From: Candidatus Kerfeldbacteria bacterium
GTDB taxonomy: Bacteria; Patescibacteriota; Patescibacteriia; UBA9570; XYC2-FULL-38-9
DNA length: 64,000 nucleotides
Direction: 5' to 3'
Assembly (NCBI GenBank): GCA_043813585.1
Contig: JBDRKW010000020.1
Location: 265,034 to 329,033, forward strand
The notes under the pieces are model-generated. The model was not told the origin of the DNA, made no database searches, and worked only from the letters and a program-made list of their open reading frames with translations. Position numbers and translations under genes: made by a program. This document shows positions 49,035 to 57,793 of the stretch, piece after piece; the first letter of the stretch is position 1; every line of letters begins with the position of its first letter.

Positions 49035-49295
49035 TCAATTATTATCTGAATCTGACTCTTGTTCTGTCCCCTTTGCAGCATCCGCAGTATCCACGACTTC
49101 CTGTAGGTCTTTCACCATGTTATCGGCGTCTTCATCAGACAAACCGTGCACCATCGCTCCGTTTCCGATCGTGTCGTACATCTTCCCTGGGCAGGTTAAA
49201 CAATAGGCCTCGCCCAAATACTTGCGAAGGACCTCCACTGTATCAGGATACTCATTCAATAGCTCTCCGAAAATGGTTTTTTTTGTGACATTCAT
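49035..49295 (-). CDS. DUF1858-like small redox protein
   Basis: KKTIFGELLNEYPDTVEVL...CLTCPG...TIGNGAMVHGL matches the DUF1858 pattern, and an acidic C-terminal tail follows. Confidence 0.5.
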   Translation of the reverse strand: MNVTKKTIFGELLNEYPDTVEVLRKYLGEAYCLTCPGKMYDTIGNGAMVHGLSDEDADNMVKDLQEVVDTADAAKGTEQESDSDNN

Positions 49296-49306
49296 ATGAT
49301 TATTGG

Positions 49307-49660
49307 TTAATGAGGAGTTTGCGTATATAAATCCATAAATGTTCCCGAGTCTGATCCTGTTGTTCCGAGAACTCCGGAGTACATGTCAAAAATTGGTTGG
49401 AAACTGTCCATTATCCATGGCAGCGCAATGATAGAAATGATAAGAGGCACGACAAGAAAAATAACTACTGCAATGAAACGCGCCACCTGCATCCACTTCA
49501 TGTGCTTGGTGATCTTCAAAATCTCCAGCAGGATCTTGTGATTCTGGTTGGCAAGAGCATTCGTGTCGATGCTCAGCGCAACCGTATCCACGTCGCGCTT
49601 CGCCGTTTTTTTACTGGCGGCCGTATCTGCCTGTCCGGTTTGTTTATCGATCTTTGCCAT
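49307..49660 (-). CDS. Hypothetical small membrane protein
   Basis: Has one or two TM segments (VARFIAVVIFLVVPLIISIIALPWI). I recognise no family. Confidence 0.4.
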   Translation of the reverse strand: MAKIDKQTGQADTAASKKTAKRDVDTVALSIDTNALANQNHKILLEILKITKHMKWMQVARFIAVVIFLVVPLIISIIALPWIMDSFQPIFDMYSGVLGTTGSDSGTFMDLYTQTPH

Positions 49661-50249
49661 AGGATGCGCAATTCAAGTCTCCTCCCGCCTGAACCTGCTC
49701 ATTCCTGCGCGCCAGCCACTGCGGCGCCCGCTTCCATGCATGCAATGCGATGAACGATACGCTTGGAACAATGATCAACGTCCCGATCATCTGATATTTC
49801 AGAAACGGCAACCCGGCAACATACGACATCACCAAACCATCAAGCGTCTTTGGATACATCCACCCCATCTGCCACACGCCAAAATTTGTCCAGGCATAAA
49901 AGAAGACATTCGCAAACAGGCCCATGCCTGTCAGCTCGAACGAATGGCGCAGCGGCGTTTTGCCGCGTTTCCGCACTGCCCAGCCAAACAAGCCGACTGC
50001 CGCCCACGCAGACCAGGTATAGAGCATAATGCTCGTATTCCCGATAAAGATATCCGTGATCGCTACAACTACAAGACCGACAATGATTGTCCATACTCCT
50101 CCCAGCAGCGATCCAGCCAACAGTGCGACTACCGTAATTGTCTCAATATTCGGCACATCCTTCAGAAGATACCGGCCGCCTGCGCCAAATGCAATCAAAA
50201 CAACGGCAGAAACGACCTTCAAAACGGTAAATTGTTTATTCATGTTCAT
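49644..50249 (-). CDS. Polytopic membrane protein resembling an ECF-transporter S-component; substrate unknown
   Basis: Is about 200 aa with 5-6 TM segments. It lies immediately downstream of nrdJ. The assignment rests only on size and topology, so it is weak. Confidence 0.3.
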   Translation of the reverse strand: MNMNKQFTVLKVVSAVVLIAFGAGGRYLLKDVPNIETITVVALLAGSLLGGVWTIIVGLVVVAITDIFIGNTSIMLYTWSAWAAVGLFGWAVRKRGKTPLRHSFELTGMGLFANVFFYAWTNFGVWQMGWMYPKTLDGLVMSYVAGLPFLKYQMIGTLIIVPSVSFIALHAWKRAPQWLARRNEQVQAGGDLNCASYGKDR

Positions 50250-50345
50250 ACAGCCAATTATACGGAGTTATTGATAATCCTTCAAGGCCATTCAGGCCGA
50301 AAAGCCCCGACTAGTCAATCGAGGCTTTGGAAGAAATATCCTTTA

Positions 50346-52706
50346 TCAAGTGCATTTGGAATAGCCGCAACCGTGGCAGGTCATACAACCCTCTGCCATG
50401 GTAAGGATGCCGCCGCAGTCGGGGCATTCAGGCGCCATGCCGACGTTGGCAATGGACGCAGACGACCTCTCTTCTTCTGACGCTTCACCGCCAACCGCCA
50501 CCTCTTCCAACTTGCCTATCATCTCGTCGGCTGACTGTAGCGGTTCGCCTTCTTCAAGCTCCTTTGCCGGAGTCGACTCTTCCCTAAACAGCAGGTTCAG
50601 CTTGCCTTGCGCCGATTTCATGTGTTCCGTCAGGACCTGGGCAATGGCATCCGGGATAGAAAGGATCTGGCCGTGCTTGCCCCAGCTCGGCATCGGGCCG
50701 CGAATCCCTTTCATCTGGTCGATAATCGTATCAACGGGGATACCGGAACGCAGGCTGAGCGAAATCAACCGGCAGATCGCTTCTGATTTTGCGGCGAAGA
50801 ACCCGCCTGCTTTCCCGATGGTTGCGAACACCTCAAACGGCTTGCCTTCCTCGTCATGGTTAATAGTCACAAACATGGTGCCGTACCCGGTCTTGATCTT
50901 ATACGTCGCACCAGGGACAACCTCGGGCCGCACGCGCGGCGCCAGCTCTTTCCTGGACGCCTCTGCATCCGATGGCGCTTGTTCGCTCGCTTTCTTCGCA
51001 TTATCAGCTCCAGAGTCCTTATCCGTAATTGACTCGAGTACCGCTGCATCGCGGGAGCCGTCCCGATAGTATGCAATCCCTTTGCACCCTAACTTATGCG
51101 CGTCCATATACAACTTTTGCACATCCTCAACTTTATGGTCATGAGGGGCGTTCACTGTTTTCGAGATAGATGAATCCGTGTATTTCTGAATGACGGCCTG
51201 CATCTTCACATGCTCGAGCGGAGTCAACTCTTTGGCGGTAATAAAATATTCCGGTTTATCCTCATCTTTCGTTTCGGGATTGACATTCTTCCACCGCTCA
51301 TAAATGGGATGGAATACAATATGCTCGCCCAGCCGGTCTTTGCGCTTGAATGCAAAGTCAAATACCGGTTCAATGCCGGAGCTCGCGCCTGCGAGAATGC
51401 CGGTGCTGCCGGTCGGCGCCTGGGTCAGCAACAAGCCATTTCGGATGCCGTATTGGCCGATATCCTGCCGAATGTCTTCAGGGAGGCGCTGGATAAACCG
51501 GCCCTGTAAATATTTTTCTGCATGGAACTCCGGGAAAGTGCCCTTTTCCTTGGCCAGCTCAATGGACTCGCGATACGCTTCGTCGCGGATGAGCGCGTAC
51601 ACGTCATCGCACCATGCAATCGCTTCATCCGTGCCATACCGAATCTTTGATTTTATCAGCGCATCGGCAAGACCCATGGTGCCCAAACCGGTCCGCCGGA
51701 TCCGCAGCTGCGCCTGCTCGTTCTCCTTGAAGAAATACGGAGTCACATCAACAACATTATCCAGGAACCGAATTGCCGTGCGCACTGTCATTTTCAATCC
51801 TTCGCGGTCAAACACGCCGTCATCACTGACAAACGCCGAAAGATTAACAGAACCGAGGTTGCAGACGCCCCATGCCGGAAGCCCCTGCTCGCCGCACGGA
51901 TTCACGCAGATTATATCCTCAAAATACCAGCTGTTCGATTCCTTGTTATACCGTTCCATAAACACGACCCCCGGCTCGCCGGATGCGTGCGCCGAATCGC
52001 AGATCGTAACCCACAGCTCGCGCGCCTTGATGGTCTTGAACACCTCTCCCCCCCATTTCAAATCCCAGTCCGCATCATTTTCCACCGCTTCCATAAACCG
52101 GTCAGAAACGCAGACCGACAGGTTGGCGTTCGTCACCTTGCCCATCTCCCGCTTGACTGTGATGAACTCTTCAATGTCCGGATGGTCGTCGTTGAGCATG
52201 AGCATGAGCGCGCCGCGGCGCGATCCGCCCTGAATAATCAGGCCGGTCGCGAATGAATACAGTCCTCCAAACGACACTGCTCCGGATGCGCTTCCGTTGA
52301 CTCCCTGCACATACGCACCGCGCGGCCGCAATGTTGAAAGGTTAACTCCAACTCCGCCGCCCCGGGACATAATCTCCACCATCGTCCGGACAGATTCAAA
52401 AATCCCGCCGCGGCTGTCATCCGGAGACGGAATAACATAACAATTGTAAAACGTCAGTTCAACGCCGGAGCCGGAGCCGGAAAGAATGCGCCCGCCGGGA
52501 ACAAACTTAAACCCCTCCAGTGCATCAAAAAACTTCTTTTCCCACTCCTGCTTTTTCTCCAGCGTGGTCTCGTTTGATGCGATTGCGCGCGCAACACGGT
52601 GCCACATCTCGTCCGGCGTATCCTCAACCCGGTCGCCTTTTTCATTTTTGAGTGCGTACCTGTCATGGAAGACCTGCCGCCGCAATCCCGTCAATTCATA
52701 GCTCAT
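50346..52706 (-). CDS. nrdJ: Class II (adenosylcobalamin-dependent) ribonucleotide reductase NrdJ with a C-terminal zinc ribbon. The ORF track extends it to 52784; the probable start is MSYELTG at 52706.
   Basis: The RNR barrel motifs are NPCGEQGLPAWGVCNLGSVNL and VTNANLSVCV. The C-terminus is CPDCGG...CHGCGYSKC. It lacks the Cys radical-loop partners of class I and class III RNR. Confidence 0.85.
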   Translation of the reverse strand: MSYELTGLRRQVFHDRYALKNEKGDRVEDTPDEMWHRVARAIASNETTLEKKQEWEKKFFDALEGFKFVPGGRILSGSGSGVELTFYNCYVIPSPDDSRGGIFESVRTMVEIMSRGGGVGVNLSTLRPRGAYVQGVNGSASGAVSFGGLYSFATGLIIQGGSRRGALMLMLNDDHPDIEEFITVKREMGKVTNANLSVCVSDRFMEAVENDADWDLKWGGEVFKTIKARELWVTICDSAHASGEPGVVFMERYNKESNSWYFEDIICVNPCGEQGLPAWGVCNLGSVNLSAFVSDDGVFDREGLKMTVRTAIRFLDNVVDVTPYFFKENEQAQLRIRRTGLGTMGLADALIKSKIRYGTDEAIAWCDDVYALIRDEAYRESIELAKEKGTFPEFHAEKYLQGRFIQRLPEDIRQDIGQYGIRNGLLLTQAPTGSTGILAGASSGIEPVFDFAFKRKDRLGEHIVFHPIYERWKNVNPETKDEDKPEYFITAKELTPLEHVKMQAVIQKYTDSSISKTVNAPHDHKVEDVQKLYMDAHKLGCKGIAYYRDGSRDAAVLESITDKDSGADNAKKASEQAPSDAEASRKELAPRVRPEVVPGATYKIKTGYGTMFVTINHDEEGKPFEVFATIGKAGGFFAAKSEAICRLISLSLRSGIPVDTIIDQMKGIRGPMPSWGKHGQILSIPDAIAQVLTEHMKSAQGKLNLLFREESTPAKELEEGEPLQSADEMIGKLEEVAVGGEASEEERSSASIANVGMAPECPDCGGILTMAEGCMTCHGCGYSKCT

Positions 52707-52838
52707 ATACGTTTCCTTAGTTTGATACTTTTTTTGAGAGTGAAAGACACAGCCGCCACAGGCGTGGCGTTCTGGCTGCGCCATTGATTTTCCTCCTCAT
52801 CGTCTCCGTTGCTCCTTTTTGCGAACTTCAGCAGAAAT

Positions 52839-52848
52839 CTATATATAG
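52839..52848. promoter_or_regulatory. Candidate NrdR box: the perfect palindrome CTATATATAG, 133 nt upstream of the nrdJ start
   Basis: It matches the core of the NrdR-box consensus acaCwAtATaTwGtgt. A degenerate second half-site, TACATATGGTA, lies about 35 bp away. Confidence 0.4.
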
Positions 52849-53009
52849 TATAAAAAATGAGTCTGAATAACTACATATGGTATCTAGAGCGTGAAATTAT
52901 TCTATCACGCTTTATTTGGCATGACAATACGGCCAAGGCGTGTGGAAAAGCCCAAAATAACCAAAAACACCCCAACATCTTGGGGTGTTTTTTGTCTACC
53001 CTCAGAATT

Positions 53010-53837
53010 CTATTTGAAATAGATATCTTTTATTCTGGTTTGGCCGAATCGTATCTTTTTTCCTATTTTTCTGGCTACCCGCCGGGGGGTACTCTTTGCC
53101 ACAACGCGATATCGTCGATCTTTCTTGACCGGGTAAAATTCATAATACCCGTTCGCATCCGTATATGTTGTCATTAGAATCTTCGTTTTTTTCCAATTTT
53201 TCAGGTGGACTTTTACCCCGGACATCGGGAATGCCTTCTCTGACGCTGTTTCATAAACAGTTCCGTTGATGCGCGGCGGGAAACGCCGTTTTACGCTGAT
53301 GCTATCCATATAAAGGACCGTGGGTTCGCCAACATTATTTCGCATCTCGACGTTTAATCGTAAAGGTTTGCTCGCCAAAAAAACAGGAAGGCGGACTTTT
53401 ATTGATGTCCATCCACCAACGGCATCGCCGGGATAAAACACCTTTCGATAATGAGCACCGCCGGATTCTGTATCGCGAATCTCGATAAACCCATAGTCAT
53501 CTCTGCTATCGGCCGGCTCTTCCGTTTCTACCTTATACTTATATTTTAGAACGAACTTACCGCGTGTATCATTCACTTTGGGGCCCTGCTGCTGTGCCAT
53601 CCCCTGATACACGCCCTGCTCGCCGACCCGAAAAAACGTATTGCCATTATCAGCATCGATACAACGGGTATTATCATCGTTTTCACAACCGCCGTAATAC
53701 GACCAAAACGATTCCGCCCATTCACCGAAGAAAAAATCATACGATTCAACCCCTTCGGCTCGCGCAGGCAATACACTGCATAGCGACGCGCCAACAACGA
53801 ATCCGATGATGGTGAGGAGATTGTAAACTCTTTTCAT
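53010..53837 (-). CDS. Secreted hypothetical protein with a C-terminal SdrD-B/carboxypeptidase-regulatory-like domain. The ORF track extends it to 53888; the start was chosen at the signal-peptide Met.
   Basis: The signal peptide is MKRVYNLLTIIGFVVGASLCSVLPARA. The C-terminus contains TDANGYYEF. Confidence 0.5.
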   Translation of the reverse strand: MKRVYNLLTIIGFVVGASLCSVLPARAEGVESYDFFFGEWAESFWSYYGGCENDDNTRCIDADNGNTFFRVGEQGVYQGMAQQQGPKVNDTRGKFVLKYKYKVETEEPADSRDDYGFIEIRDTESGGAHYRKVFYPGDAVGGWTSIKVRLPVFLASKPLRLNVEMRNNVGEPTVLYMDSISVKRRFPPRINGTVYETASEKAFPMSGVKVHLKNWKKTKILMTTYTDANGYYEFYPVKKDRRYRVVAKSTPRRVARKIGKKIRFGQTRIKDIYFK

Positions 53838-53847
53838 ATGTTGGGTA

Positions 53848-54417
53848 TTAATGCTCGATGCCCCGCCGCGGAACAAAGTCCTCATCATAGGGAGACCGTG
53901 TTGCCGTCATCACGGTAACAATGTCGGCCGCATTCAGCAGTTCAGGCGGTGCGTCGCGCCCGGTCAGAATCAATTCGGTATTTTGATTCTTATTATCAAT
54001 AAAATCCAGCACCTCATTCAGATCCACAAGGCCGTGCGCCGCTGCCGTGTTAATCTCGTCCAGCACCATCACGTCCGGGCGCTCCGTGCGCATTGCTTTG
54101 CGCGCAAACTCCATCCCCTGGTTTGCCAGGTAGATATCCATTGCTGCCGGATCATCCAGGTCGGTATAGTCGGGCGTCCCAAATTGAATGATCTCAATAA
54201 ACGGGCTTAACTTTCCCTGGATAATGAGCTCGCCATAATCCTTATGCCCCTTGATAAAATGGATAATCATGACTTTCAGCTGCTGGCCGGCAGCACGCAC
54301 CGCCAGGCCGAGCGCAGCCGTGCTCTTCCCCTTCCCTTCTCCCGTGTAAACGTGGACAAGGCCGAGCCGCTTCCTCGGGTTGAATTCATTTGACGGGGGT
54401 ACTTTATGCCAATGCAT
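53848..54417 (-). CDS. cobO: Cob(I)yrinic acid a,c-diamide / corrinoid adenosyltransferase (CobO/BtuR family)
   Basis: The P-loop is VYTGEGKGKSTAALGLAVRAAG. IHFIKG and VMVLDEINTAAAHGLVDLNEVL match the CobA/BtuR pattern. Confidence 0.8.
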   Translation of the reverse strand: MHWHKVPPSNEFNPRKRLGLVHVYTGEGKGKSTAALGLAVRAAGQQLKVMIIHFIKGHKDYGELIIQGKLSPFIEIIQFGTPDYTDLDDPAAMDIYLANQGMEFARKAMRTERPDVMVLDEINTAAAHGLVDLNEVLDFIDNKNQNTELILTGRDAPPELLNAADIVTVMTATRSPYDEDFVPRRGIEH

Positions 54418-54426
54418 AGGCGTTGT

Positions 54427-54915
54427 TTATTGTTTTGATTTTTTGATTGGTTTCCTTTTTTTTGTGCCCAATTTCTCAAGTTCATCGGCAAACTCCGCAA
54501 TATCCTCGAACGACCGGTAGACAGAGGCAAAGCGGACATACGCGACCTTATCCAGCTTTCGCAAGTGCTTCATCACGATCTCTCCGATTTCCTGGGTTGA
54601 TATGCGGTTGTCATGCGCTTTCGTCTGGATCTCCTGTTCAATCCTGTTTACGGTTTTTTTCAATGCCGCTGTATTCGCAGCCGGCCTTTTTTGAAGAGCA
54701 ATGCGAAGGCTCTGCGCCAGCTTTTCCTTGTTGTACGGCTCTTCAGAACCGTCTGCTTTGCGAACAGTCAACTGCAATATTTCCAGTTCTTCCAGTGTCG
54801 TAAACCGGAACGAGCATTTCTCGCACGCGCGGCGTCTTCGGATCGCAGCGCCGTCTTCTATGACGCGCGAGTCAATGACGCGCGTATCTTCAGCATGGCA
54901 GGCAGCACAGCGCAT
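54427..54915 (-). CDS. nrdR: Transcriptional repressor NrdR
   Basis: Starts MRCAACHAEDTRVIDSR. The zinc ribbon CxxC...CxxC is followed by an ATP-cone domain. Confidence 0.9.
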   Translation of the reverse strand: MRCAACHAEDTRVIDSRVIEDGAAIRRRRACEKCSFRFTTLEELEILQLTVRKADGSEEPYNKEKLAQSLRIALQKRPAANTAALKKTVNRIEQEIQTKAHDNRISTQEIGEIVMKHLRKLDKVAYVRFASVYRSFEDIAEFADELEKLGTKKRKPIKKSKQ

Positions 54916-54929
54916 GCCACTACTGTACC

Positions 54930-54960
54930 AAAAAGCCGGTCCAGATGCAATGGACCGGCT
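54930..54960 (-). terminator. Intrinsic terminator after the beta-helix gene: an 8-bp GC-rich stem GCCGGTCC/GGACCGGC followed by TTTTT
   Basis: The minus strand reads AGCCGGUCCauugcaucuGGACCGGCUUUUUGG. It lies only 15 bp upstream of the nrdR ATG. Confidence 0.7.
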
Positions 54961-54977
54961 TCAAGAATATTCAGATG

Positions 54978-57656
54978 TTATTTCTTGTATTCGTCTGCGC
55001 CTATATCGACCGGTGTGCCAGATTTTGCCGGACGAGATTGTCCGTCAATATCAGTTTTGAGCATCTTTCCTGCAGTGCTGGATGGTGAATAGGGATTAGT
55101 CGACGATCCGGCATCGATCGCATAGGACTTCGCCTTTAACCGGCCTTTCGAGGTGAGATAGGTCCTCTTGTTGATCGATTTTGTATCATACCCGTAGGTC
55201 CCGTTCTTGTTCTTCCAATCGCCAAAGTGAATCTTTTCAGCATTGTCGATATCGTAGACCAGCCGTTCCTTCGAGCTTGACTTGCTATTGTAGTACAAGT
55301 TGTAGTTGAAATACAACGTATTTGCATCAACATTGTTCATCCCGATGACGAGAGCGTATGCGCCGGTCCCGGCAGCATGAAGGATATTGTTACGCAGACG
55401 ATACTCTTTGCCGCCCTGGATATACAACGGATACCGCCACTTGGCAATGGTGTTGTTGATAAGATGCGCGTCAGCCGTACCCTTTCCCTGGAATTTTACG
55501 CCCACATGCTCATCCGCGCTGCTCTTCGATTCGCTCATGACAACATTATTAAACGCGCGCACCCCGCTTGCATCATCACGGAACAGAATACCGTACATGT
55601 AGAGATCTCCATTCGACGTACAGGTAAAATTCCTGATGACATTGCTGTTGATGAAGAGCGGATATGACGACGAGACGTACATGCCCGTGCAGTAATTATC
55701 GCCTGACGACCCCGTCATCGCAGATTTGATGCCGCGCAGCTGGTTGCCGCGAATAGTCGTCCCGTGGCTGTCGTTCAGGTACATGCCGTATGTTTCCAGA
55801 TACCCTTGTGACCCGGCCGAACTTTCGATGCCATACGCCTTATTCTTGTTGATTGTTGAATGCACTACATCTTCAACATACAAACCATACGTATAGAGGC
55901 CGCCGTAGTTCGTGCCGGCACCTGTCAATTTATTCACGGAAGAGCGAACGGTATTGTTTTTAACGGTTGCATTGCTCAAATCCGCTAAGCGCAAGCCATA
56001 CCACACGCCGCTCATGGTCGATGATTCGGATGAATCGGTCGTATTCAACGTCATATCAAGGCTATGCAGCGTATTCTTTTCAATTAAGAGATTGTCGGCT
56101 TCTTTGGCGGATATTCCGTACTGCGTGCACTTTGCATAACCGTTATGTCCCGAATCAACATACAGACAGTCAAAACCGTTCACTGCATTACTTTTCACAT
56201 CAGAGTTATGGCTGTCTTCGATCAGCACTCCATAGATTGTGCCGGCGTCGGAATAATGGTCCGCATCGCTGTTATTGGTTTTTGAATTGAAATTTTGAAA
56301 TGTATTCTTCCTGATTTTCGTTCCAGGCGAACCCCAGGCGTTGATGCCATATATCTTCTGTTCAGACGATGTATAGTCGCCGGAATACGAACTGACAGAA
56401 TCGAGCCCTCCTATGGTGTTGTCGATCAACATTACATTGGAAGAAAGGTACGGTCCGTCAACTCCATAGACATACGAGTACAGTGTCGACGCCTCTGATT
56501 TCGTTATTGTATAGAGAGATTTTATGCGATTTTCGTACACCTTGAGGTTGCTGGCATACGAAATCTTCATGCCAGTAGAAATACCGGTACAGTCTGAACC
56601 CTTGCATGATGATGTTAAATTCCGGACATTGTTGTTATATACGTAATTTTCACCATCTTCATTTTCTACTGCGTCGTAAATGTAAATACCCGCCAGGTAG
56701 CTCTGGCCGGTTGAGGTTGAACTGGTTAAATCAACTTTTGCCGACAACGGATCAACTTCATTGCCGCGTATTTTAAGATCAACGCTGTTATTCGCATAAA
56801 TGCCATAGGTGTTTGCATACTGATGCGTGTTATTCAGCGAACTGGTTTCCAGTGAGCGCAGCCCTTGCAGCGTATTGCCGCGGATTGCCATCGATTTCGA
56901 ATCATTCACGTAAATTCCATAAACGCTTGACGTATGGCTATTCGCAGTCGCCTGAGCGGTGTTTATTGCCTTAATCTTCGATATGGTGTTCTTTCGAACC
57001 GTCGTATCGTAGACGTATGTCAGATACATGCCATACATCGAATCAGATCCGCTTTTATCCGTAAGATTGAGAACGTTGTCCTTGATTGTATTTTCCCGGA
57101 ATAAACCGTTTTTTATATTGTAGGCCTGGATACCGATAACGCTGCCACTAGTGTTTGTCAGATCATAAATCGTATTGTATTTGATCTCCGCACCGTCCAT
57201 CAGCTTTGAGGACGATCCATACAGATACAGTCCGACAACTGAATTTGCAATTTTAATTCGATCAATTTTCAATCCGTCAATATACCGGGCAGTTAATGCC
57301 GCATAGCGGCCGGTACCGTCAAGCAGCGGCTTATTGTTTGCATCCCAGGCAGTCAACCGCAGACCTGTTAAATTCGCACCCGCATCTCCATCGATCACAA
57401 GATCCTCGTTAAACGTTCCTTTCAGATACATCGTGCTGTTGCTTGGATCATTCAAGTCTTTGATCTTGTTCAGCGCACCCTGTATGGTCTTACACGGTTT
57501 TGCGGTTGTTTTGCAGCTGTTGCCGTTATTTCCGTTTGCGGAATGGACATAAAACGAACCGGCTGCAAGCGCATCCGGCACAGCCAGTGAAAAAACGCCG
57601 ACTGCAACCAGCGCGGCAATAAATACTTGGATCTTTTTTCCCATACGATTATGCAT
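54978..57656 (-). CDS. Secreted right-handed parallel beta-helix (pectate-lyase-fold-like) repeat protein of 892 aa
   Basis: The signal peptide is KIQVFIAALVAVGVFSLAVPDALA. Repeats of about 22-25 aa recur, such as NTISKIKAINTA..., YGIYVNDS and IRGN. The composition is Asn/Ser/Thr/Tyr-rich. The gene is flanked by terminators on both sides. Confidence 0.6.
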   Translation of the reverse strand: MHNRMGKKIQVFIAALVAVGVFSLAVPDALAAGSFYVHSANGNNGNSCKTTAKPCKTIQGALNKIKDLNDPSNSTMYLKGTFNEDLVIDGDAGANLTGLRLTAWDANNKPLLDGTGRYAALTARYIDGLKIDRIKIANSVVGLYLYGSSSKLMDGAEIKYNTIYDLTNTSGSVIGIQAYNIKNGLFRENTIKDNVLNLTDKSGSDSMYGMYLTYVYDTTVRKNTISKIKAINTAQATANSHTSSVYGIYVNDSKSMAIRGNTLQGLRSLETSSLNNTHQYANTYGIYANNSVDLKIRGNEVDPLSAKVDLTSSTSTGQSYLAGIYIYDAVENEDGENYVYNNNVRNLTSSCKGSDCTGISTGMKISYASNLKVYENRIKSLYTITKSEASTLYSYVYGVDGPYLSSNVMLIDNTIGGLDSVSSYSGDYTSSEQKIYGINAWGSPGTKIRKNTFQNFNSKTNNSDADHYSDAGTIYGVLIEDSHNSDVKSNAVNGFDCLYVDSGHNGYAKCTQYGISAKEADNLLIEKNTLHSLDMTLNTTDSSESSTMSGVWYGLRLADLSNATVKNNTVRSSVNKLTGAGTNYGGLYTYGLYVEDVVHSTINKNKAYGIESSAGSQGYLETYGMYLNDSHGTTIRGNQLRGIKSAMTGSSGDNYCTGMYVSSSYPLFINSNVIRNFTCTSNGDLYMYGILFRDDASGVRAFNNVVMSESKSSADEHVGVKFQGKGTADAHLINNTIAKWRYPLYIQGGKEYRLRNNILHAAGTGAYALVIGMNNVDANTLYFNYNLYYNSKSSSKERLVYDIDNAEKIHFGDWKNKNGTYGYDTKSINKRTYLTSKGRLKAKSYAIDAGSSTNPYSPSSTAGKMLKTDIDGQSRPAKSGTPVDIGADEYKK

Positions 57657-57734
57657 TAATATATTGTAAATATCTACAATGAGTATACTGATTTCCAGTA
57701 AATAAGTAAATATCTGCGAATAAAATTGGGGAGA

Positions 57735-57765
57735 AACAAAATCTGCCGCACGATGCGGCAGATTC
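57735..57765 (-). terminator. Intrinsic terminator after ftsZ: an 11-bp stem AATCTGCCGCA/TGCGGCAGATT followed by a T-run
   Basis: The minus strand reads AAUCUGCCGCAucgUGCGGCAGAUUUUGUUUCU. Confidence 0.75.
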
Positions 57766-57793
57766 TTCTATGTACTAACTATGTGTTCACGTG

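Noticed and set aside
52707-52784. N-terminal extension of nrdJ containing HACGGC (MAQPERHACGGCVFHSQKK...)
   Set aside because: The conserved RNR sequence starts at MSYELTGLRRQ (ATG at 52706). The extension is probably an ORF-caller over-extension, not a real Cys motif.
52707-52838. Cobalamin riboswitch in the nrdJ leader
   Set aside because: No B12-box-like consensus or multi-stem architecture is evident. Only a short hairpin (GCCACgccuGUGGC) is present, and B12 riboswitches usually control B12-independent RNRs rather than nrdJ.
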